Below, piece after piece: positions 1 through 13,264 of a stretch of 64,000 nucleotides of DNA. The notes under the pieces were generated by a model. The model was not told where the DNA came from, did not search any database, and saw only the letters and a program-made list of their open reading frames with translations. Positions within the stretch are counted from its first letter, which is position 1. Every line of letters begins with the position of its first letter. Position numbers and translations under genes: made by a program. The stretch lies in contig MU054001.1 of NCBI GenBank assembly GCA_013239625.1, positions 6,373,078 to 6,437,077 on the forward strand. Reading direction: 5' to 3'. The stretch is from Lama guanicoe. Lineage: Eukaryota.

Positions 1-162
1 CCAAGCAAAGGCTTGGCTTGGAACAAGTGTTTACTAAACACCTGAGGATGAATGGATAGTAGGCAATCAGTTGCATATTTCTGGTACAGAATCTCAGAAA
101 GCCATTAAACATGCTGTTACACAGACGTTTAAATGTGACAAAATGGTTGCATAATGTTCAAC

Positions 163-216
163 TTTTTTTTTAATTGAAGTATAATTGATTACATCATTAT
201 ATAACTTTCAGGATGA
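163..216 (-). mobile_element. Very short L1 3' end remnant
   Basis: Poly-T followed by aattgaagtataattgattaca..., typical of an antisense L1 tail. Confidence 0.45.
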
Positions 217-329
217 CAAAGTATTTTTTTAAATGCAGTTAAAAAACACATTAAGACTCCTAGGTTAGCCAACCTTATAGAAAGACTAAATTACAGGATA
301 AAAGGCTGTTGGGTGGGGGTCAGGGGTAT

Positions 330-1993
330 AAACAGAAAGTAACACTAAAAATAACTAGAAATGGAAATTCAAATCAGAATAGCAAAGACCTCAAAAAATC
401 CAGTCATCCCTAAAAGCAATGCAAATACAGATAAAAATCATGAAAATCAACTTTAAGAGATTTGGAAATTAAACAAGAGATTGCAACAATGCAAGGAGCA
501 TTTAATCAAGAAAAATGACTGAAGTCTCAGTTAAGTAGAGAAAGCTTTGGAATGAATTAAATTGCCTTATTTCTTATCCCCTCTCCCCTGCTCTGTTGCA
601 GCCTCATAATAGTCATGAAAATTAGACTAAAAGCCATTGGAAAGGACAAAACAGGTTTGGAACTTCCCCCAAATCACCATCTTAGCAAATTGTCTGAAAA
701 ATACTTTTTGAACTGTCTGACAGTTTCTTACAATGTGTACAATGCACACAGCCTTTTCCCTAGTCATTTACTGAAAACAATCAATGGCAACTATTTAATA
801 CTGCAGCTGTCTAAAAAATTTCTTTTTAAAAGATGAGGAATGAGATGTACATAGGGTGCTTTGAAAATCTCCAACATATTCCTGGGAAGCCAGAAGGCTA
901 GGTACAATTGTAGAGTTGTATCCACAACTGACACACATAATCTTACACCTGTGGCTGAACTTGAGGCTCTGCAAAAGCAGGAAGTGAAGGGGAAAGGAGA
1001 GTTATATACTACCTGTGAGAACTTTCATGTGACAGCCCAAAATATACAGAGATAACCTTGGGAAAGGCTAGGAGACTTATTCATTCAAAACATTTAAGTA
1101 TATTATTGTCCAACCATTAACTGAATTGAGTAACACATCAATGACCACATACAACACAAAATTTACAGAAATTTTCAGGGAAGACACTAAACAAATAACA
1201 CAAGCACAACATTGACAACACCACACCTTAGAGAAGGGGGATATGACTTCTAGAGTTGACAGATGCCTTTTAACAACAACAACAAAAATGAACATGTAGA
1301 GAAATAAAAATTATGGCTCATACATCTGAATAAAAAAAATCGACAGAAACTGTCCTTGATAAAACCTAGACATTGGACTTGTACCTTAGATCACCTATGT
1401 TAAATATGCCCAAAGAGCTCCAGGAAAGCATGTATAAAGAACTAAAGATGAGAATAACAATTCACCAAACACGGAGAGTCAACAAAGAGATACAAATTAT
1501 AATTCTCCAGTCACCATGCAATAAAATAATAAATCAATAACAGAGGAAAATTAGGGAAATTGGCCAATATATGAAAATGAAACAATACACTGCTAAATAA
1601 CCAGTGGGTCAAAGAAGACATCACAAGGAAAATTAGCAAATACACTAAGATGAATGAATATAAAACCATAACGTAACAAAAATAATAGGATGCAGTGAGC
1701 AGGCTGTAGAGAGAAATTTATAACTACAAATGCCTAAGTTTGAAAAGCACCATTTTCTTGAATTAATAATCTAAACTTCTACCTTAAGAAACTTGAAAAA
1801 TAAGAGCAAAATAAACCCATACAAAGCAGAAGGAGATAATAAAGACTACAGAGGAAATAAAACAGAGAACAAAAAATGGTAGAGAAAATCAATGAAATCA
1901 AAAGCTGATTCTTTGAAAACATCAATAAAACTGATAAACTGACCAAGAAAAGAAGGAGCTATGATTCCAATTACTAAAATAAAGAATGAAAGA
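330..1993 (+). mobile_element. Old degraded L1 (L1M-type; 5' region, ORF1 and ORF2 fragments), resuming at about 4309-4410
   Basis: ORF2-like tracts (aaataaccagtgggtcaaagaaga; aatcaatgaaatcaaaagctgattctttgaaa). Continues after the younger insertion with aacctagatgaaatggacaaattcc. Boundaries approximate. Confidence 0.75.
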
Positions 1994-4299
1994 GAATTCA
2001 ACACCCATTTATGATAAAAACTCTCACCAAAGTGGGTATAGAGGGAACATATCTCAACATAATAAAAGCTATATATGACAAACCTACAGCCAGTATAGTA
2101 CTCAATGGTGAAAAACTCAAAAGCTCCCCACTAAAATCTGGACCAAGACAAGGCTGCCCACTATCACCACTCCTATTCAACATAGTCTTGGAAGTCCTAG
2201 CCACAGCAATCAGGCAAAAGGGAGAAATAAAAGGGACCCAAACTGGAAAAGAAGAGGTAAAAGTGTCACTATATGCAGATGACATGATACTATATATAGA
2301 AAACCCTAAAAGGTCCACACAAGCCACACAAACTAGAAATAATTGAAGAATTCAGCAAGGCAGCAGGTTACAAGATTAATGTTCAAAAATCAGTTGCATT
2401 TCTTTACATTAATGATGAATCAACAGAAAAAGAAAGTAAAGAAACAATCCCCTTTAAAATAGCACCCAAAGTAATTAAATACCGAGGAGTAACTCTAACC
2501 AAGGAAGTGAAAGACTTATACACAGAAAACTATAAAACATTGATTAAGGAAATTAAAGAAGACTTAAAAAAATGGAAAGATATTCCATGCTCCTGGATTG
2601 GAAGAATCAATATTGTTAAAATAGTCACATTGCCCAAGGCAATCTACAGATTTAATGCAATCCCTATCAAATTACCCAGGACATATTTCACAGAACTAGA
2701 ACAAATCATAATAAAATTTATATGGAACCACAAAAGACCTAGAATTGCCAAAGCATTACTGAAGAAAAAGAAAGAGGTTGGAGGAATAACTCCCAGACTT
2801 CAGACAATACTATGGAGCTACAGGCATCAAGACAGCATGGTATTGGTACAAAATCAGACATATGGACCAATGGAACAGAATAGAGAGCCCAGAAATGAAC
2901 CCTCAAAGTTTTTGTCAACTCATCTTCGACAAAAGAGGCAAGAATATACAATGGAATAAAGACAGTCTCTTCAGCAAATGGTGTTGGGAAAACTGGACAG
3001 CAGCATGTAAATCAATGAAGCTAGAACACTCCCTTACACCATACACAAAAATAAACTCAAAATGGATCAAAGACTTAAACATAAGACAAGATACAATAAA
3101 CCTCCTAGAGGAAAATATAGGCAAAACATTATCTGACATACATCTCAAGGGCAGTCTAGCCAAGCAACAGAAATAAATGCAAGAATAAACAAATGGGCTC
3201 TAATGAAACTTACAAGCTGCTGCACAGCAAAGGAAACCATAATTAAAACAAAATGACAACCTACAGAATGGGAGAAAATTTTTGCAAATGAAACTGACAA
3301 AGGCTTAATCTCCAGAATACATAAGCAGCCCATACAACTTAATAAGAAAAAAACAAACAACCCAATCCAAAAATGGTCAGAAGACCTAAACAAGCAATTC
3401 CCCAAGGAAGAAATACAAATGATCAATAATAGGCACATGAAAAAATGCTCAATATCACTAATTATCAGAGAAATGCAAATCAAAACTACGATGAAGTATC
3501 ACCTCACACCAGTCAGAATGGCCATAATACGAAAGTCCACAAATGACAAATGCTGGAGAGGTTGTGGAGAAAGGGAAACCTACACTGCTGGTGGGAATGC
3601 AGTTTGGTGCAGCCACTGTGGAAAACGGTATGGAGATTCCTCAAAAGACTAGGAATAGACTTACCATATGACCCAGGAATCCCACTCCTGGGCATATATC
3701 CAGAAGGAACCCTACTTCAAAATGACGCCTGCACCCCAATGTTCATAGCAGCATTATTTACAAAAGCCAAGACATGGAAACAGCCTAAATGTCCATTAAC
3801 AGATGACTGGATAAAGAAGATGTGGTATATTTATACAATGGAATACTATCCAGCCATAAAAACCAACAACATAACACCATTTGCAGCAACATGGATGTTC
3901 CTGGAGAATGTCCTTCTAAGTGAAGTAAGCCATAAAGAGAAAGAAAAATATCATATGAGAGTACTCATATGCAGAATCTAAAAAAAACAAAAAACAAAAA
4001 AACCCCCACATAAATACAAAACAGAAACAGACTCACAGACAGAATACAAACTTGTGGTTGTCAGGGGGATGGGGGGGTGGGAAGGGACAGACTGGTATTT
4101 CAAAATGTAGAATAGATAAACAAGATTGTACTGTATAGCATAGGGAAATATATACAGGATCTTGTGGTGGCTCACAGTGAAAGAGAATGTGACAATGAAT
4201 GTATGAATGTTCATGTATAACTGAAAAATTGTGCTCTACACTGGAATTTGACACAACATTGTAAAATGACTATAACTCAAGAAACCAAATGTTTAAAAA
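1994..4299 (+). mobile_element. Young 5'-truncated LINE-1 (C-terminal ORF2 RT and Cys-rich domain, frameshifted, plus 3'UTR), nested in the older L1
   Basis: ORF pieces with [18 protein letters not shown] and HCWWEC. 3'UTR shared with copies at 13.0 kb and 59.2 kb. TSD core aatgaaaga at 1985-1993 and 4300-4308. Confidence 0.95.
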
Positions 4300-5029
4300 A
4301 ATGAAAGATACTAATCCTAACCTTGGAGGGAAAAAAGGGATTCATAACCTAGATGAAATGGACAAATTCCAAAAATTGACTCAAGAAGAAATAGAGAATC
4401 TGAATAAACAGAAGGAAAGCAGGGTTCAGCACAACACAGTAAAGCACAGGAAACCACAATTCTGGCTTAACAAATTATTCCTTGGTTCTGCCTCTTGAAG
4501 AATATTTCATCATACATTATTCATCTGAATTAAAGAAATGTGTAGTTTCTATGTATAAATGATAACAAATACTTGAGATGTTTTAATCTTTAGAGGTTTT
4601 CATACTAGTCTAATCGAGCAATGTTGATAGTTCCTAAGGAAATTAGAGTATATATTATCATTTTTGTTTATTCCAACCAAATGGGAAAATTAACCTGATA
4701 GCCCCTTATGTATGAGAAATGGTCAGGACTTCTCAGTACTCCAGTATTCTTTAGTTGTGAACATCAAATGAGACAACGTAAGTGTGTCATGCTTACTGTG
4801 AAACAGCCTAGTTTTCCAGATGCTCAGTCCTTTTCTGAAGTGTCTTGGGACCTTAGGATCTTCAGAGGTGTTGCTAGGCAAATTTCAGTGATATCATTTT
4901 ACTTCATCTTATGTTTTAAAATAAAAAAATAAAACACTTAAATTTATCAAGTCTAACTTTTTACTGCTTTGTTTCTTTGACCTTTGTTAAGCAAAGAAAT
5001 CTATTTCTCCACCATTTTATTTTACAGAA

Positions 5030-5349
5030 AGCTGTCTTGGATCACTTGCTTTGGAAGAAGCCAACTACTGTACTGTGAAGACACTCAAGCAGCTCTATGG
5101 AGAGGGTTCTTCCCAACAACCATGTTAGTGAGCCATCTTAGAAGTAGGTCCTCCAGCCTCAGTAAAGCCCTCAGTTGACTGTAAATCTGGCTGATTTAGT
5201 GCAATTTATGAGAGACCCTGTGTCAGTAAGACCCTGCTTAGCCTTTCCCAAATTCCTCACCCGCAAAAACTATGAGATAAAAAACATTTACTCTTTTAAG
5301 CCACTAAGTTCTGAAGTAATTTGTCACACAGCAATAGACAGCTCATACA
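5030..5349 (+). mobile_element. MaLR LTR (MLT1-like), 3' part
   Basis: Characteristic end ttttaagccactaagtt...gtaatttgtcacacagcaatagacagctcataca. Confidence 0.85.
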
Positions 5350-6622
5350 ATAAGATATTAAGTCCACATGTCACCCAATCTGAAAATATCTGAAAAGAGC
5401 TTCTAGGTCTGATGGTAGGAGATATCTTTGCAAAATAAAAATAAATGGCACACGAGACACGGTCAGTAAAGGCGACTCTTCCAGGTTTCATGTTCCTGAA
5501 CAGTTCTGTACAGTATTTTTTTAGAAGGCTTACACTCGACACTTCCTCTAAAGAGCTGAAGAAGTAACTATCTGGCCATTCCTGAAGAAACAAGCTTTCA
5601 AACATGGAAGTTACACTTAAGCATATCTGAGGGAACTGGAGTCTGCAGGACCATCTGACAAGTTTCTATCAATACAGACCATTCCAAGTATTATCACCAA
5701 TAAATGCTTATTTCTACTAAAACTTTAAGTCTGTAAGAAGAATATGTGAGGTTATTTTTTCTGAAAATGACATGACATTGTGACTTGCAATTCATCAATG
5801 AAGTACTTCAAAATTAGAGTCATGCAACAGTACGACACTGGGGAAGGGACATTAGAATCCATACAGGTAGTTTCTCCATCTCCATGTGTAAAGATTTAGC
5901 TGATGAAGTTTAACACAAAGACATACAATTAACAGGTTTTAAAACCTTAATAAAAAATAAAAGCAGTCCAAAATTTAGGAAGGGAAGATAAAATTTTAAC
6001 CTTTGAAAATCTTCACTTTCAAAGTATTCTTTAAAACATACAGTTTTGGGGTCACCAACGTCTAAAGAGTCCCTTCTTTATTAAAGAATTATGAATCTTT
6101 TTATACAATGAGGCTTTTCCACAAAAAGCAAGAAAAAATTATCTTAAACACAAAACAAAATTTCATTTGTTTAATATAAACTTGGGAGGTATGTGGGGTT
6201 CTTTGGTGTTAAATAAAGTAAGTTTCTCTAGACACATTTTGGAAGGATTCTTTTCTTGTTTCTTTTCATCTACTTTTAGGAAATTTATTTACGGAGAGTG
6301 TCATAGAACGGGAAATAGAATGCAATATGGTAGTTCATTACTTTGCCCCTGTCCAACAGATACAAATGAGTTATCTCCATTAATAAAGAGGAAGACTGAT
6401 TTAGGTGAACTTTATATATATACATATATGAAAATATATATACCATATATATAAAACATTTATAAACTTACATTAAAACTATGTAAGTCTAACATATATT
6501 ATGGGTTTCTCTCCAGATAAAGAAAGCAAATAGTGCCAAGGCAGAACTACAGAAGCTTGCCTCTTTCACATTTTTTGTTTTTATTTTGTTTGTTTCTTTT
6601 TTTTTTTTAATTTAAAAAAAGG

Positions 6623-6732
6623 TTTTTTGGTGGGGGGAGGTAATTAGGTTTATTTATTTATTCTTAGAGGAAATACTGGGGATTGAACCCAGGATCTAAG
6701 CATGTGCTCTACCACTTGAGCCGTACGCTCCC
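6623..6732 (-). mobile_element. tRNA-derived SINE (camelid-type)
   Basis: Minus strand reads gggagcgtacGGCTCAAGTGGtagagcac...gGGTTCAATCCCcagt (A and B boxes), then aataaataaataaacctaattacctcccccc and an A-rich tail. Confidence 0.85.
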
Positions 6733-9179
6733 TTCATTTTTTTATTTTTAATTTTAAAAAATTTATGAATGTGCATAGCAACACTTTTTATGGACATGAA
6801 TGCAGACTGGGTACCCACAAAACGTGATGCACATATGTGGGTAATGAAAGACGTTAGAAAATAAGCATATACTGCTGCTCCTGTCCTTGGGAAGTACGTT
6901 CTCCAGCAAGGCTTATCAGCACAAATAGTGGCATTCAGTATTTTCACAGCACCTTAGGAAGGACATGCGTGACCCTTAAGACAATGGCCTTTTCCTTAAG
7001 GAACTAAAATGTGGGTTCAAAGTTTATAAAAATAAAAGAATCCAGTAAAGATAGTAAGATGGGCTGTCACAAGAGAGAAAATGGCTTATTTAAGAACCCA
7101 AAGTCCTAACAGTGTAATATATATTATATTACATAAATATTTACGAGTGCATACATGGATATATGTATATATGTGTACACACACACATTTCCTCAAACTG
7201 TATTCTTCAATCCTAAGAAAAATAAGGATTTGGGTAAATTAAAAATCTGATATTAAAGAAACGAATGAGTGAGTTAGTCACACTTCTTTCTGGGTCCTTG
7301 GATTGCCCTGAGATGTGAATGTGCTTGGGAACTGAGGAAAAGAGATGGGATAATGAACTTGCCATTCAGGGCACAAGGCATAATTAGAAACGAAAATGCT
7401 TCCAAGTCACACTACCTTTCAAAGAATTAATTCCTCTGAAATATCTAGATAAAGGAACTTCATTCACTGAAAGATTCTATGCAGGCCCATTTACTGCTTC
7501 TCCATATGATCCCTAACACAGTACACAAAATCTCAAGGAAAAAGATGGTGGGCAGCAATAACATTTTATTATTCTAGGATCTTAAGTTTATATGTTCAAG
7601 GCTGATTGATTTTGGCTATATAAAACTTTCATGTATACCAAATATAAACTATAAGGCTAAGAAAAAACATGAATAAGAAAAAAATAAAGCTTAAATTACC
7701 AAAATTACTTAAGTATAGATAAGTCATATAAATCAGAATAGAAAGGTTAAAGCAATATATTTTTGAAAAATGTCAGTTGACAATTAGAGATTTAAAATGA
7801 ACTATGGTAAATACTGAGAAAGCAAAAAAAAAAAAGTAAATGCTAAAAATTAAAAAGGAAAATGAAATAGCAACAAAACAAAACTACCAGTAATCAAGAC
7901 AATTTCACCACTACCATTAGGAACATTAGTGGGAAATTACTTACAACGATCAACGTTAGTTTTACCTACTATAAATGGTTAATCATATCGCATTCTGCTG
8001 GGACTTGGGATACTTTTCCAGTGCTCTGGGGTTTCTATGAGAAGTTAAATGAGCTAGTTCTAGGAGTCTTCCTCTTTCCTAGTCAGAGTCAAGCTTCTTT
8101 TACTTGTTTTATATTTTAATGCTGCTTAACATTGGTCTGAAATAGGAGTTTCCCAATCCCTCTCCTACCCCAAAAGTTTGAATATCGCTATTTCACAATA
8201 TTATAGAAACCAAGAACTATTTGGATGAAATGAAAACATGTAATTCTTTGATAAATCAAACAGAAGAAATCATAAGTGGTTATGATTAATTTCTTCTTAT
8301 CATTATCACTTCTTTATCATTTAACCTCACTTCTAAGTAGATTTTACCTACTGCATTAAAAAGGCACAATGGGAAGTATGTACAAAATTATAAACTACTA
8401 GAGCGCAAGACTACATGTACCAGTTTCACAGCACCCTCAGTGCAGTCCAATGATGACTTTGTTGTTTGGTATATGATACAACAGTTCTCCATGCGTGGAT
8501 CACTGGAGAAACATAATTACAAGTATAACATACCTCCTCTTTGATGAAGTTCTCATTGTATATATCATCTCAATAATAAAAGCTTTTTGTTCCCACTGTG
8601 GCACATTTCAAAATGTGTCCACATGTGTATCTGCGTGTTTATTCAAGCATTAGTGCCTATGAAAGAAATGCTTCTCAACTTTGGGATATAAATTTTTTCC
8701 AAATTTTCTAATAAGAATAAGAACATAGTATTTATCTTTTGAAAAACATCAAGAACCCTATGGAGGTCACACAATAAAAACAACAAAATATGATCAAAGT
8801 ATCTTTTAACTTTAAGAATGATGGGTTACAAAAAGCAATGATGGGAAAAAAGACACTATAACTCAGAATATCTGCAAATGCTATTAATTTCATTGTTGCT
8901 AAAGTTTCTGAAAGTTACAAGTTTTTATTTGAGATCACCTGAAATATAGCTTTCATAGGAGTAAAGTTTTAGAACCTGTTACATATTTTGTTCATTTTTA
9001 AAGTGATTTGCTTTGAAAATATAAAGACTTTTTGATTCAATATCTAAAATCCAGTATCTAATTACATAAATTAAGAATAATCCATTTTATTAAACTAAAA
9101 ATAAGCTTTAAAAAGTAAAAGAAAAAAAAGATATACTCAGAGATGAAATTTACTACTAGAGAATTTGGGGAAACCATAC

Positions 9180-9260
9180 CTCATCGGTGTTATAGATAAT
9201 CTGGAGTCCTGAGGAAATCATTTCCACAAGGTAAAGGAGATAGAGTGACACTGCATTTAT
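9180..9260 (-). CDS. PHKB: PHKB exon 7 ([27 protein letters not shown]); gene continues beyond the left edge of the window
   Basis: 81 nt, phase 0/0, tttag| ... |gtatgg; matches PHKB. Confidence 0.96.
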
Positions 9261-9498
9261 CTAAAAACAAACAACATTAAAATGTTAAAAGAAAGAACAA
9301 AAATATTATGTTATGAAATTAAATGTAAAAGCTAAAATTACAAGTCATATGTTCTAACAGTGGTACATAAAAACTATATCCTTTCCTATATGAAATAAAT
9401 CAGCTGAGAATTTAGTTCATGATAAAACCTCAGCTTTGTAAACAAAACTCTAAAATCCTCAAATTCGTTGTGATGATGATTAACACATGATTAGGGAC

Positions 9499-10014
9499 TT
9501 TTTTTTTTCTTAGTATATATATTTTTATTGAAGTATAGACAGCTTACAATTTGTGTCAATTTCTGGTGTACAGCACAATGCTTCAGTCACATATGAACAT
9601 ACATATATTTGTTTTCATATTCTTTTTCACCACAAGTTACTACAAGATATCAAATACAGTTCCTTGTCCTATACAGTATAAACTTGTTATTTATCTATTT
9701 TATATATATTAGTATGTGCAAATCTCGAACTCCCAATTTATCCCTTCCCACTCCCTTTGCCCACTGGTAATCATAAGTTTGTTTCCTATGTCTGTAAGTC
9801 TTTTTGTAAAGTTAAGTTCATTCATCTTTTTTTTTTTTTTTTTAGATTCCACATATAAGTGATACCATATGGTATTTTTCTTTCTCTTTCTGACTTACTT
9901 CTCTTAGAATGACATTCTCCAGGTCCATCCATGTTGCTGCAAATGGCATTATTTTATTATTTTTTATGTCTGAGTAGCATTCCATTGTATAAATATACCA
10001 CAGCTTCTTTATCC
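9499..10014 (-). mobile_element. L1 3' end (about 0.5 kb, artiodactyl/camelid type)
   Basis: Poly-T, tttattgaagtatag..., ccatgttgctgcaaatggcattatttt. Confidence 0.9.
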
Positions 10015-10489
10015 TCGGGCTCTTTTTGTAACATTTGCTTTCTAAGATTTATTTTCAAACTCTAGGTCTAAGTTTCTCTACTTTGAAACAGTTTTGCCCC
10101 AAAGCAATGTCAATCCATCTCAAATGTATGGTAAATGGAGAAGTTGTTTGGCAAGTAAGCCATTAGGGCTACAGCACATTATAAACAATGGGCAATGCAC
10201 CTTGAAGAGTCTTATTTTCAGAGAATACAGAATTTATGTAAACAACTGCTGAAACATATTAATTTTAATTAATGATATAGCATATAATTTAAAATGTTTA
10301 CTAACAAATGAACTGTTTTAAGTGAGTTATTTTTTCTTTTAGTATTTAGTCTGTTAAAGGTAAACATTATGTGATCTAAACAAAACAAACAAAAGAAGAC
10401 AGTACTGTCCACTTTAACCAAAAATAAAGATTCTCACAGAATCCTGAATGAGATATGTAAATTTTCTCAAGAAAACAAGTAGTGAAAGA

Positions 10490-10847
10490 TAAATACTACA
10501 ACATGGACGAACATTATGCTAAATCAAAGAAGTCAGTCACATAAGACTATATGTTGTATGATTTCATTTGTATGAAATGTACAAAACGGGCTTATTCATA
10601 GAGACAGAAAGTAGACTGGTAGTTGCCTAGCGTTGGGGTCTTTGGAGGAGATGGGCAGTGACTGATGATGACTGGTCCAGGATTTCTTTATGAGGTGATG
10701 AAAATGTTCTGAAACTGACTGTGATAAGGATTGTACAACTCTGTGAATGTATTAAAAATCATTGCATTGTATACTTTACATAGGCAAATTGTATATTACA
10801 TGAGTTATATCTCAATAAAGCTGTTATAAACAAATAAATAAATAAAA
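10490..10847 (+). mobile_element. Old L1 (L1MB-like) 3' end
   Basis: catagagacagaaagtaga...ggtgatgaaaatgttctg...tatctcaataaagctgtt plus (aaat)n tail; flanks share aag(t/c)agtgaaa. Confidence 0.85.
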
Positions 10848-12579
10848 AGCAGTGAAAATTTTTCGTTTAGCCAGGAAACTGCTAACTTGAGTTAAAAAAA
10901 GAGAGAAAACAAGATATAATTTAGTCCCTGTATAATTCCAACCCAGATTATTACTCCCTAGCAGCCTTGATGTCTTATGTTTTCCTCGACTCTCCTCCAA
11001 TCCTTTGAGTGACTGACAGAAAGCTGGGGCAGGAAATTATTTGTGCCCTAGACACCCTGGACATAGCATGCCGGTGCCACCAGGGCCTGCCAGTGCTCAC
11101 AGGCCCCTCAGGAACCAGGACAATCTGGATGACTCCTGACTTCCCAGCACTCAAAGTCCAGTGAGTATCAGGTTCCTGTCCAGGTCCAGATGGGCCACAT
11201 TAAAAAAAAAACACAAACAGGATTCTGGTTTTAGGTTTTCCAGCTCAACATCAACTTTTGAGTGACCTTTCCCAGAACACAGAAGAGAAGAGCTTCACTC
11301 CGTTGCCAGGATCACCGAAATATTTCATTACAGCACTGACACTGGCCTGTCAGAAATGACTGCAAAGAAATCTCATTCCTAAAGACAGGCACTTACAGCA
11401 ACACCTTCAAGAGCTCTCTGCTCTGACTTTTGGAATGCTTCTGTGAGAAAATATTCGTAAGTGGCAAATGGCACAGGAGCTGTCAGATAGATAACAGACT
11501 GACCAGCACTTACTTGAAGACTACTAAGTGCCAGGCACTGAGCTTGAATTCTGGGATACAGAAATAAGTAAGGTACTATTTTCTGAAAACCTATTTCAAA
11601 TAGTAAACATATTTGTCAAAGCAAAAGGCACAGAAAACCTAATTATGTGATAATTACAAGAAGGTGGAGCAGCTACATACTCATATAACACTAAATCTCC
11701 AAGGAACTGATTACAACTAAATTTAAGAGTTTCTGCTGCATAGAAATGTGGACACTGCACTTTCTGTGTTTGGAGGAGTCATCCTAAAGTAAGACATTTC
11801 AGATCACTAGAGAGAGAGGAACTATAAAAAGGAGATACTCTTATTTTAGTAAGGAATGTCTGAATAATAAGCATTCTGTTCTAAAGATCGCAGAACCAAA
11901 TGATGAGTAGGAAGAAAACCCACTAAACATAAATAGCATAGATAATGTTTGTATCCTAGAAACAAGGCAATGGGATGTCCTGCTAAAGAGAGCACACAGA
12001 TGTGACAGAAAACAAATGAAAAAAAAAAAAACCCATAAAATCCTACAGTGTATTCTTAGCATATAAAATTTATATATAAAATTTAATATAGTATTATGAT
12101 AAAATTTATAGACTCCAGAAATGCCTTTTGGAATTACATTTTAGGGGTATGTTTTTAGCTTTATTGAAGGTTAATACAGTAAAAAATGAACCATCATGTA
12201 ACAAAAACTTCTGATTTGTTGTTATATCGCTGTCAATTGTTTTTTATTCCCTAGTTCCTAAGTGTTGAAATTCTTCTAAATTTGATAATAAGTACAAGCT
12301 TTTGTCACTGAAAGAACTGTTGGATTCCCTCTTCTAGACAGGAACAATATTACGATCCATCCACTACCCGTTCTGCTTTTGCACCAAGAACTAAGGCAAA
12401 TTTAATATTTAATCACAATAACTAATTCTGCCTTGCTGGGTTTCCTCGTTTCACGGTTGATTCTCTACTTCTACTGTGAACAATTTTGAAATCTACTTTT
12501 TAAAAATTGTAAATAGCCCCAAATCTTCTATGATGTTGAGTATAAACGGAGAAGAAGATTTGTAATCTTCTCTTTTTAC

Positions 12580-12687
12580 CTGAAGATGACCATATTCCTC
12601 ATAGGAAAGGATCTCATCTCCTGTGTGTACATTGAAAGCAGAGTGAAGACACGTTGTTGGGCGTGGATCCTGCTTAAACTGCTGGAC
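12580..12687 (-). CDS. PHKB: PHKB exon 6 ([36 protein letters not shown])
   Basis: 108 nt, phase 0/0, tctag| ... |gtaaaa; matches PHKB. Confidence 0.96.
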
Positions 12688-12999
12688 CTAGAATCAAATA
12701 TAAATTTTAAACAATGCTAGTAACTCACATTCCCATCCAAGATTAGAGATTACAAATTATTTTTCATGAAGCTTTTTAATGAGGAAAGCTAGAGCTTATA
12801 GGCAGAGAACAGAGCAAAACAGATGTTATTTTTTCTAAAGAAACAAAACCAAAAAAGAAACAAAACTTGTTATTATTAAAAGAGTTGACATGGTTGTCAA
12901 ATACTTAATTGACATTTCACAAACATAGCAACTCAAGTATAATAGCGACCTTACTAATGTAGTAGCAATAGCAATGGCTTTTGCATTGTTCTGCATCTT

Positions 13000-13264
13000 T
13001 TTTTAAACACTTTTTTATTGAGTTATAGTCATTTTACAATGTTGTGTCAAATTCCAGTGTAGAGCACAATTTTTCAGTTATACATAAACATACATATATT
13101 CATTGTTATTTTTTTCTGCTGTGAGCTACCACAAGATCTTGTATATATTTCCCTGTGCTATACAGTATAATCTTGTCTATCTATTCTGCATATGCCTGTC
13201 AGTATCTACAAATTTTGAAATCCCAGTCTTTCCCTACCCACCCTCCGCCACCTTGGCAACCACC
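13000..13264 (-). mobile_element. Young L1 3'UTR fragment
   Basis: 68 nt perfectly complementary to 4213-4280; TSD core tgcatctt at 12992-12999 and 13268-13275. Confidence 0.92.

Noticed and set aside
1998..3981. Reverse-transcriptase-like ORFs as a novel RT system
   Set aside because: Ordinary frameshifted LINE-1 ORF2 fragments; the antisense ORFs are their mirror frames. The same applies to 43431-45600.
5324..5605. 93-aa minus-strand ORF in PHKB intron 7
   Set aside because: No recognisable homology or convincing exon structure, and its end runs into an MLT1 LTR.
8445..8520. Two small hairpins with ANANNA/ACA-like and UGAUGA motifs (snoRNA-like)
   Set aside because: Hairpins too short for H/ACA, no D box, and antisense to the host gene.
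9095..9104. MEF2-like CTAAAAATAA motifs (also near 345)
   Set aside because: Expected by chance in AT-rich DNA.
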